Positions 37,801-49,800 of a stretch of DNA of 60,000 bases are shown in pieces. Origin of the DNA: Botryllus schlosseri (taxonomy: Eukaryota); NCBI GenBank assembly GCA_051294905.1, contig CM119372.1, positions 7,380,001 to 7,440,000 of the forward strand. Reading direction: 5' to 3'. The position numbers and the translations under genes are program-made. Every line of letters starts with the position of its first letter. Position 1 is the stretch's first letter. The notes under the pieces were generated by a model. It worked only from the letters and a program-made list of their open reading frames with translations. It was not told the origin of the DNA and did no database searches.

Positions 37801-40800
37801 TATGAAAAGCTTACCATATCCGGATACCACGCCTGCCCGTTGCTGCCGGGCACCACGTACACTTGCTGGGGTGGCGGGGCCGCGGTGGACACGGTCGAAC
37901 TGAGGGGACTCGTCGTGCCGGGCGGCGGGGGCTGCGTGGGAATCGCGGCTATGTACGGCGCTCCCTGTGCCCCGGGCCCAAACGGGGTCCCTGCCGCCGA
38001 GGCGGGAAACACCGCCGGCGAGACGTACGGTGGATTCATGATCTGTGAAACAGCAAGTGACGTAGTTGGCTTGCATGCGCCACGCATCAGGCAACCAGGG
38101 AAATTGGCACAGGTACATTTGGTATTAGAAATGTTATAGGGCAAGTTTTTGTTGCACTTAAAACCTGAGAAAGTTGCATTTATTTTTTAATTTTAACAAA
38201 AGTTGCAGCAGTTGCATTTTGACCACATTTTGCTCGGTTGACTAAAAAAAAGGTCAATTTTGCGGCACAGCTCCCGAAATACCCGTAAAAGCGTTACTTC
38301 GCTGCTGATTTACGGTGTTTCAGTCGAATTTGGCCGTGTATTCCGCCAAAATCGAAAATACTTTCATGAAAAATCGAGAAAGTTGCAAAATGTTGCAAAA
38401 AGTTGCATGAAAAAAATGGACAATAGTTGCAAAAAGTTGCACTATAAGATTCCTTCAAACAGCTTAAAACAGCATTCTACATATCTTACGAGTATTTAGG
38501 AAGCTGGCGGAAGCTGTAAAAAAAGTTGCAAAAGTTGCAAAAACTTGCCCTCGTCCATTAGTATTACAAGAGCTATGCATCAACATCGTATCAATAAATT
38601 AGAATATCAATGTTCCAATCAATGCGAGGGAGAATTATGATATAGGGCAGCAGTCATCTACCGGTAGTTCGCAAGGAGTTCGTTACTGGTCAGCGAAAAG
38701 CTTTTCGCATGTAGGTCAAGATCACTAATAAAAATTCACCACAGAGAATCAAGTTAAACACTCTAATCCAGTGGTTCCCAACCGGTGCGGAATTCATTGG
38801 TTTCAGATGGGGAAATAGGCGCATTTGTTGAACACTATATGCAAGGATAGTCTACATATTTACGGAGACACATGCGCGGTTGCCGTTACAAGTTAACTGC
38901 TCTGGAATGTATGTATCAAAAATTAAATTGAGTGCGGTTCACAAAAACTCATATGCACCTCTGGATAACCAATCATGGCATCACAAACGCATCCAGCATG
39001 ATGTGAAATGACGCTTTCGCTAAATTTCGAGGGTTATCAGTATAGGTTCACAATACGTTTCATGTGTCAGTTATAGGCGTGTACTCAAACAGGCAAATAG
39101 CTGCCCCGCAATGACAAAAGTTGAAAGGAAATACGACGATAGTTTTGGGTAGTGGGGAATGGAGACTCGGAATAAATCTCGAGTGGGGAATGACGAAAAA
39201 AAGGTTGGGAGCCATTGCCCTAATCAAAACATGTGTTACTGCCTTACTCTGCACCCTCTACTGACCTCATATTGTACGAGGTGCAATCCGTTTTCAACGT
39301 TGAACATTTGTGATTTTTAACAATGGCCCGCGAAAAAATTTCATTTTGAAAATGGTCCGCAGAGCATAAAAAGGTTACCGGCCCATGCTATAAGGCACTT
39401 GCCGGCTCCTGAGCCTGATCCTAACCGACCCCTAACCCGAACGCAGTAACACGTGCATACCACGTGCAAAATTCACCGAGTGATGCATATCAAATTTCAC
39501 GTTCATATTCAGTGAAACATTCATTTCCTAATTTATAAACACAATATTGGCGCATGATTTTCATTACAATAATAGCTGTTACATGCCATCATCGAGTGCC
39601 AATGAGTTATTACATCCCAAATTCATCAAGTGCCAAATTTTCATTGACATCAATTGTAAGAATATATAAATATTTAAACGCAATGACTTTCTGCGTACCT
39701 CCTAGCAAGAGTTATCAGCCCCTGAAGGCATTCAAACATTTTAGAACTTGAGATGCCAAATTCACTGGTATAAACACATCGAAACACTCCATACCTGTCC
39801 TGGTATCGCCGACTGCGGCTGCGGTCCTTTGGAATGAAGTGTGGACATGTACTGCGTCTTTGACTTGATTCGTGCCTGATCGCAGAGTAAAACAACGATT
39901 CTAAGACCATTGGCAGCAGGATTATAAAAGGTTAGTTCCTTACCATGATGGGTTTGCCGAGGAAGTTCTTCACTCTTTCGCGGAGATGCCGGTACGCCTC
40001 CTGGGCGTCGTTCTCCGACTCGAAAGTCACGTACCAGCTTGTGTTGGCGGCGAATTGGCACGACAGAAACTTTGGGCAATCGTCACCGTCGAAGAGACCC
40101 TTCACACTCTGAACGAGATTTCAGTCTTGTTCAATCGGTGTTCATTGGTTATCCCACAGTGCATTTTATAGGATGTCTGAACTTGCCTTCTAGAGTCACG
40201 CGAGAGGTTCTCAACCTTGCTCTAGTCAGGTCGGGACAACAAAATTGAATGGGTGACTGCATGGGGCCCCTACTATGATTAGGTCAGACATATTTAAAAA
40301 CTGCACAGCCGGGGCTAAATTCTACATAGCCCATCCTCGAATTTGGGCAGCTGATGACTGAAAAACGGTCATCGTTGTCCCTCAGCCCTCGTCACAACTT
40401 GATTACCGGTTGGAGTTCAACCTTATTAGTTTTTATATCGTCAGTGTGGCTATTGTGACTCGCGGCGAGCTAGAAAGGGACACAAGTCAAAAATAAGGAC
40501 AGATCTTGTAAACAAGGACAATGTGGTCAGTTTTGAAGTTCACAGTTGTAGTTTCAACATCGTAATATCGAGGACGCCATAAAACTAGTCCGCGTGCCCC
40601 AGATTAAACAATTTATGCATAGATTTAGTGTCGGGTGGATGCAATATTAGATATTAGCTTTGGCACACTGAATTGATCCCTTCAAAAGGTGCTGTAAAAT
40701 ACACCGTAGATATATGCAATATGCTTCCGTAAAACAAGAAAATTGATTGGGGAACTGTCAATTTGATTCATGATCATTACCAAGGGAGATCTGCCATGGA

Positions 40801-43800
40801 GATTTACAGATCATCATCATCATCATCATTGGTTTATTAGCAATTTTATCAGTTCAATACACCACAAAAAATGCGATACAATGAAGAGACAGGAAGATGT
40901 CGAAGCGACAAGGAGTAGTCTATGGAATCTGACACCCACCTTGGCCTAGGCGATGTAAAGAGGAGGCATGCACACTGAATGAAAGTAAAGAAGATAGTAT
41001 AGAAAAAGAAAGCGACAAGAAATAGGGCGGCATGTCATGGGAAGCGAGATCGATAGGTCAGCCGTGGTCCGGTAATCTTGAGGATGGACTGTATTTATTT
41101 AGTAGTAGTTGCTTGTATTTCGACTTGAATGTGGACATGCTCGTGGACTGTCGGATGGCCGGCGGGATACTGTTCCACACATCAGGTCCGGCATATTTGA
41201 TAGAGCGATGATCTTTTCGGTCGATCATATGATATTTGGACAACGTGGACGCGCGTGTGTTGTACTTGTGCGCTTTTGATTCCGAGGTAAAGAAGTCATT
41301 GAAATATTCGGGGCAACGACCGCAGTGGAACTGATACATAAACTTGGCGATTTCTAGTTTCCGTATATCTTCTATGTTTAGGACGCCGAATCTCTTCAGC
41401 AGCGACTTGTTGGATGGGCAGCCAGGCCCCTTTGGGGCCCTAGCTATGATTCGGAGTACTTTATGTTGTAGTTTTTGCAGTGACTTGAGTGCAGTTTTAC
41501 TGGCAGATGATCTGCGATAACGGGATTACATCCAACCAGGGAAACTAGGTCAAATGCATTGTCCATCAATCGGAACTATTGACCAGAGGACAGTAAGCTA
41601 GAAAACCTTGGGGCACTCAGCAGCAGTATAAGCCTGTACCGAATAAGGAGTAAAAAATCAGGACGAGCGTGGTGTGTCGATATGATAATCACACCCGGGC
41701 CGGGTGTAATGTGAATAAATGATTATTTCCAAGTGAAATCCACACGACAAACAATGGGCTAACAGTTGATAAGCCGAAATGTGATACGTGTACGCTACAA
41801 AGGAAGCAGCATAGCCGCTTACTCGCCAGAGGAATTTCCATAACGTTCACGCAATCCGAGCTTGCCATTGCTTTCCAAGTACACAATCTCAATAATTCAT
41901 CAGCACAACGGCAAAGTCGTACTGTCCAGTAGTAGTGAGGCCACCAATGATATCTCAGGCCAGCCACGGGCAACTTCTAACACAGTACTCCGTAACACGT
42001 TGCGTCGTGAATTGGACCGAGAGAGCGGCTTGTAAATACTCGCGCTCAAGCCCAGACGCGACCTCTCACCTCCACGGGTGTGTCCTCTGGGATTTCTCTC
42101 AGAATCAAGGCGGCGATATTCGTCTGGCTTTGTCGGACCTTCTCTCCTTTTTCGTCGACTTCTACGAGAGTCGAAGCTGAGAAATTAACGCAAATTGTAT
42201 TGTCACCATTCGCCACTAGGCCGTAGGGCGATTTTTCGCGGGGGACAGTCTCTGTTGGTAATCTAGTTATGGTTTGCTCGAGTGTTTTCACAACCACTTC
42301 CCTGTATTTTATTTCCAAATTATATGACCATCGTTTTATCCTAGCCATATCTATAAAGCTGACCGGTTTCCAGTAAATTAGTGTCATCATTGTTGTTATG
42401 AATTGACAATGTATCTGTAACAGGCTTCGTCTCTCTCATGGGCATGAATGCAAAACGATGGTTGGTCATGGCGCACTGGCGCAGTAACCAAATTTGGCCC
42501 CATAAATACTATTATTTTTTTAATGATGAAAATTTCTAGTTTAACCAAATTTTTTAAACCAACCCAAGAAAATGGATACTGGAATCTCCACATCAACAGT
42601 GCTTTATAAAGCACGCACATTTGATTTGTAATTTCCAATTGATAAATTCACCCACGAAAGCAGTGGTTTTCAACCAACGATACGCACAGCACAGGAGGCT
42701 TCCCAGTGGAACGCATCTACATTTAACAAATGACAGTTGTTAATTAAAGTAAACCCTCAAGTGTATTTATTGACTGATATTCGATGACGTCGTACAGCAT
42801 GACGCTCTGCTTCACAGCCTTATCTGTGAGCACCATTAAAACCAGTTTTAGGGTACAACACTTGGATTGAGTAAAACAATTCACCCTGAATTTGCATTGT
42901 GTCGACTTTGCGGCTGTTCTCAATTAAATCTAATCAACATTTCAGAGCGTGTAACAAAATTTACTGTCAGAGCGATACACGGGATTTTCGTAATGGCACC
43001 AGCCATGTTGACCAGTGAATGTGAGGTAACCTACGCTATTACCAATTGAATGAAATTTACAGATTCAGTTCACTCAAACTCAATTCATTTGAGACTTGGT
43101 GATATACTGCCATCATTAAAGTTACTACGTGGTGAGAAGCACTAATGTAGCGTCACTGGATGGGCAAGTGGGCCAGTCACAGCCAAAAGGGGCACAGCCT
43201 TCGGATTACAACTACAACTAACCGGGCAATGTAACGGGTCAATGCTGCAAGTTCCTACTATACAGATTACCATTTCCTAGTCCCGGAGACGATGTACTCA
43301 CATTTCAACACCTCCGTGATAAGATCGATGTCCGTAGTGAGTTTTTGGACGAGATTAAACGTGGCTATTGTCCGAATTGGCACGTACTGTTGTTCGTCCA
43401 TCTGATATTTCAAGTAATCGTCTTTCGCCAGGTTCTGACTGATAAACGCGAGAAGAGCGGCATGAGCAAACAGTAGAAAAGTAAACACAAAGCAGGCAGA
43501 CTCGGCCACAAATATGGCAGCTCAATAACTCGCACGTGTGAGGCATCAAGTCATTAGAAATGAGTTTGCGCGAATGCCTTGTTGAATAGCCACAAAATAT
43601 GCGCTTGGGATATAAATCTAAAACAGTTATTGGGGAAGTTAAATTTTGAAAAGGCATTATTCAGGAATATTCGAACGGGAACTTGCCTCAAAACTAGTAG
43701 TTCAAGCAGCCTTTGTACCAATCAACTGCAAACACAGTCTCAGTACTAATACCGGTAACAATTACAGTATCGCTAAAGGTGGCCACACATTTACAGGAAG

Positions 43801-46800
43801 TTGAACGCCAATCCCTATTCCTGTTTCAGGATGAGAGAATTCGAGTTGGTCACCACAACAGGAAGAAACTTCGCACGATGTTGCCTCAAATTCTCAAGAA
43901 CTCCTTGACAACCTAACTGCGTGTTTATAAGGCAAGTTGGTCAGACTGCACTAGACTAAAAACCGGTGCTGCACAACTAATACTAATTGGCAAGGTTTAA
44001 AATCACTGATCATCCACGGCTGATCGGCATAAATCACATTCATTAACATTTTAACGGGTCTAATCATGTATGCGGGAGTAGCAGACTTGTACTGATCTGG
44101 TACCATCATTTCAAGTGAGGTCGTACAGCAGTATTACATGATGTTGCAGAATAAGAAACAAGTTGCCGGCCACGGGCAATTCTCAGCCAGAAGTTGATCA
44201 TATTAAGGATTCCTATCCTAATGTTGCTGTCAATGCTTAATGGAAAACACTACACCAGGAATGAGCTTCTAGAAGCCCAGTGTCCATGGGCCATGTTTGA
44301 ATCAAATGCTTGTGGGTGAGTAGCAGCGTCGCACAAAAAGTAAATTGATTCAAATACACGTACTTTGAGAAATAATATTCAAGTTGGTGTCTTAGCCGTT
44401 CTTTAAGTTTGTCCATGTCTTCCTCGGGCTTCACTTCCAACCCCACATCTTCATCCATCCTGACACCAGACATATCGGCCATGCCAATTTCGTTGCTCGA
44501 GGACACTACATGTTCATCCACTGCAACACAAAAGACATCTAATGAAACACCATTTGAATTACGTGGTTATTATTAATTAGAGGAGAGGATGATAACTAAT
44601 GTCAGTAATGTGGGTCACAGACAGAACTGAGGACTATGATCATACGAGATAATCCTAGAACTAGGTTGATCAATACTCAACAGCAGGATTACAAAACAGA
44701 TGCATCAGAATGCCATTTGCCACACTTGGTTATTGGTCAATCAATAGAAGTACAATATCTATACCATGATGCATTCCAAGTACAATAGAAATGTGTTCCC
44801 CATGGTGATATTTTTCGTGACTTCAATATCAAAAAATGTTGCAGCAGGCCATCACTACCACAGTGAACAGGTGAAACACTAACAACACAGGGATTATTCA
44901 TGTAGAAGGGTGATATTGGCCTAACAAATCAATATTATCATCCTAGATATTTCTCGTTTCTCAGGCCTATCATTAATTGAACTGATCAGAATAACTCCTT
45001 CTCATGACAGTCACGCTTTATCTATACGAAGAAAAAATGGAAGTTTTAAATTAAGTTTTATCACAATATTTCAACATGAACTACAATGACGCAGAGCATA
45101 TTGGCAGCGCAGTACCACCAGAAAATCAGAAGTATTTAATGAAAAATTGACTCAATACAGTACGGTGCCTCAGGAATATTCAAACTCCCCAATCACTTTA
45201 AATCACAGTGCAAAGCTACTATCAAATGCAATGGTTCCTTACATGGCAGTGGCCCACCTTTCCGTTTCTAAAATATCCTGTGGCCCACCTCTCAAAGTTC
45301 TACCCAAAACATAGAAAGAACTAGGACATAATAGTGAGAATTGGACAACATATATGATATGATAACCCTTGGATTATTACATTGCTTTTCCCTTGGTTTC
45401 AGGTTAAGTAAATCTGCGCACATTCTTGTCACAAATAGCAAAGAACCCGAGAGCAGTCCTGTTTCATAACATCTGTCGATGCTGTTCGGGAGTTTGGGTT
45501 TGGTTGGGGAATACTAGTGCATGAAGTATGACAGCATGTGGATAGCCTCCTCTTCGCCTCGTCCTTACCCCACTAGGTTGATATTAGAATCAAGCTTGTA
45601 CGTATCACGGCATTCATTGTATATCAGCCCCTTTTACGAGCGGATGAAAGTCTCAAAATGAAACCAAATTTGAAAAATGGATATATTTTTGGTGGAATAA
45701 CCAGAAGAACTCGACTTAGGAGCTTTATAATTTTTCAAACTGGCTCTGTGGCCCATATTAAAACCCTCGTGTGGCACATCAGTGGGCCACGACCCACCAG
45801 TTAAAATCCACAGTTCCACTGAACGAGATATTACGCCAAATCCAGCAAGCAGGGAAGGTCAGGTAAGGTGTTTATACTCATGAAATCGCCAACTTTTAGG
45901 CCTTCTTCATATTGAATAGGGCATTCTGTATTGCGTTGAAACATTTGCCAGAAAAATAATTCAGGGCTTGTTGTTAAATAGTGTGCCTTGCCTTGTTTTG
46001 CGAGAAAACTAGGTTGGAGAGTGGACTCCCATGCTCTGCATGTTCTTTTTCATGCACTATTCATCATGAACACAATTTGTCATTGAGGACACGGCACTGT
46101 ATCAAAATCCAGTTTGACCCCATGACAACATATGCAATCTAATTGTCAATATCGAACAGCTTAAAACACTGCAGTTACAAATGCCAAGCTGAAATGACAG
46201 TCCCCATGAAAATCTACTGAATTTTATTACCAACAAAAGTCAACACCCTGACCATTACTATTCAATAATGTCTGCATTGCAATCAGATCAACTTCTTGGT
46301 GACACAATCTTCATCTAACCATGCCTAATTCGACAATAACCCTAGCAAACAGCAAACTAATTTTTAATCGATTAGTAGCTCTGATAATGCATCAGTTGGA
46401 GCAGTGTGAGCTAACACAGAAGGAAACGCTACCGAATAAGCGAAATACATTTACGCTGACTAGAAAGTTATGACTCAAATTACATCAGCAAAATCGAAAT
46501 TATTACAGAAAATCAAATACCATCGAACGCCACTAGAAATTTCGGGTTTGATATCAGATCGAGCAAGCGTTCGAAAACGCAGCAATTATGGTATAGAATT
46601 TCAATGGAAAAGCCTAGCTAGCTGCACATGTCGGAATGTAATAAGACACCTCAAATGGGATCAAAGGAGACTGGTCCCAGAAATCGGGAAAGGGCTACCG
46701 TCTTGCAAGTAAACCAGCAACAATACATCATTATTCCTACTGATGCACTGATGAGTGGCAAGCGTAGAATACCCGAGGAATCAATATTCCAACTTACAAA

Positions 46801-49800
46801 TGTTTTTGCACAAAGTCTCCCGTAAACAATTCATACCATGGTATATCTGCTATGAACTTCCTTCACATGAACAACGTAGCAACCCCCTAGAGAACGCCAC
46901 CACCCAGCACAATGACACGACGATCTCAGGTAGTCTAATTATATCCAAGCAGACGCAGCCTACCTAAATATGGTAGTTATCATCAAGAATTTACGCATAA
47001 TTTCATAATTACCATAACAGTTCAATTACCGTACACCACTACGACTTTAATAACTGAAACCTACTAACGGAACATTGGTGTAGTGTCAAAATCCCCACCT
47101 TCAACTGATCACATCCCACAGCTGTTAAGAGTCGTCAAGTGAAGTGACAATGTTCTATGGTGTCTATCAATCTATCTCGAGTCTCAATAAGAGGACAAAT
47201 CATTCAACTGACCAACAATACGAAATGAAACAACTTCGAAGAACTTGAAACAGGTCGAAAAGTCATCATTAAGACGAGGTGCATTTGTGAATATTATCTA
47301 TTTCATGTGGCAATAAAGTGGAAAAATTCAATTGTTTAACGCAGGCACATTATGCAATGTGGCAATATGGTGTCGAATCAGTACAACTAGCAAACCTATG
47401 CCAACTTAGTTCAAGCCACTCAATGATTTGTGAGCAAACAATAAGCGTAAAGTGATGCAGTACGAGGTTCCTGCTCTGGTTAATAAATACCTCCCAGAGA
47501 AACCATGTGACGTTCCCAAGCTGAGATTCCATGACACCACTACTTTACTCAATCTAGCAGGAACAGCGCACTAGGGCAATTGGCATGTATGCCATCATAC
47601 TGCTCCGAAATACCAGTGCACAAATTTTGAAACTTTAGTTAAAAGGAGAACACTCACCAGGCATAATTGGAATATGGGCTGCATTGGCTGTAGAAGTTAT
47701 GTCTACTTCAACTCCATTCATAATCTGCAAAATATGACGCAAGAAATATTAATTAATTCATTAGCATGATGCGATAAAAATCATCAATAGCAAAGTGGCT
47801 ATTGGCCAACATGTCAAGCAAAAGAATATTGAATCGCTGATTGGTTCGTTGATAATTCAGGTTTGAAAATTACATACCAGGAGCAAGTAATAATAAACAC
47901 CGTGAACATCAAAATGAAGGAGATGTGGGGTAAACACGGATATTCAGACATCTTATTTCACGACAGAATCTATTCAATTCGAGTTCTGGAAAACTTCTCA
48001 CCAAAACGTAAAGTGAGCTCCCGTTTAACCACATCACTTGTGATGCTGCGATTTCTGTTATGTAAATATCGACATGGCATACATGAATTTTGGACCGAAT
48101 CAAACATACATCATACAATCCATGAAATCTGCCTGCACAATTGCTATGGTTTAATCGAACTCAAATAATCTTTACCGCCCGAAGACTCTAGATTTGAACG
48201 CAGACATATGGTACACATAGCATGTGATGCTACACATATTAGATGAATACTAGAATGATAGTGGGATCTTTTCTACACAAAAACCTTCTGGTCAACTTCT
48301 GAGGACATCAACTGAGTAATATCAAAGATGGTGACAGGGAAATGAAATTGGTCAAATCCCAAACTAATCAATACTATACCAAAGAAACTCCACATGTCAA
48401 GCGATATTAGCCAGAAGCAAACAACTGTCTTGTCTCCTGCCTGGGGACAAATACACACCTCGAGGCTATTACGGTCAGTAGAATGATATGTACCTACTGT
48501 GGACTACTGTATTAACTGCTGTTGAATGGATTCCTAATTATGCAAGCAGAGTGCTATCTTAGTCATTAAGACGGAAATAGTTGCAGTATCACGAAACATT
48601 ACCCATTGATATGGAAATGTGGCCATTTCACGAGACACATCAAGGTTACTGGACTTTTCTAGTTAACCGCATGACAAACAGTCTTATAGCCTATACAGTG
48701 TGTTTTGAAGAAGCCAGTGGGCCTGACCATTGCGATGCGATCATAGAGTTACAGCAATGTGACCTAACACAGTTCTACTCCAGCAATGATTTTAGTGGAT
48801 TACAGGCTACTATCCCCCTAGCAGAACCATCAAAACATGCGATTGCTGAGTAAATCTTATCTGTGGAAACTTGAATGGTGATTTGATATATTAAACAACA
48901 AAATTCAAAGTATCCAGGAAGATCTCCTATATTGCTCACAACATATATGGCCAACACCCTATCACGAATGATAATACGAAGGAATCATAGAAATGTCTAC
49001 TTATATCGTTGTCACCAACGGGTTAGTGATTTATAACTATTCAATCAGCCAATCATAGCATTTTTATCAATCAGTTTGTGAAAGAAGGTGTTGATAGAAT
49101 AGATCCCTAATGATCCTTAATATATAACAATATACATATACAATCTATAGCCTAAGCTTAGAAAATGAAGCATCCGGCTATGAAACAAAGGTATTGACAC
49201 TTAGTTAACATTTTTGCCTTATTTGACTGTCAGGGTCACAAGCGCTCAAAATGTCTGAATCCAGTCCACACTACAGAGAGCCTATTCAATAGGCCTACTC
49301 CATAACTTATAAAAACTTACAACAATCCATGAAAAGAATTTGATTCAATCGGGCATTGTGACTCGATGTAATCATATGTGTCCAATAATGAATGGGTCTG
49401 TGCTACATGCTAGAATGCTACTTTATTGCATTGTTTTGACGACATGCAGTAGATGTCTATGCTTGAATGTCCTGATCGACTACTGTGCAAACTATTCAAA
49501 CGGGGGCGACTTTGGATTGTAACATGACAGTCAAATGTTATTACAGGTACAGACATAGTTAGACAAAACTAAAGTGGAGTGGTACTCTCCCTCGTGACAT
49601 CGATAGATTACATTTACTCTTAGACATATTGACATTATGACAGTAGGCTTATCGATTTTGAAACTAAAGTGAGAAACTAAACACAGACAATAATGAAGCC
49701 ACTGAGCCGGTGATTTTACGCACAACATGATTGAAAGATCAATGTAAAGTAATATTTACATTTACATGCATAGATAAATGACAGAAACATGAACGAAGTT

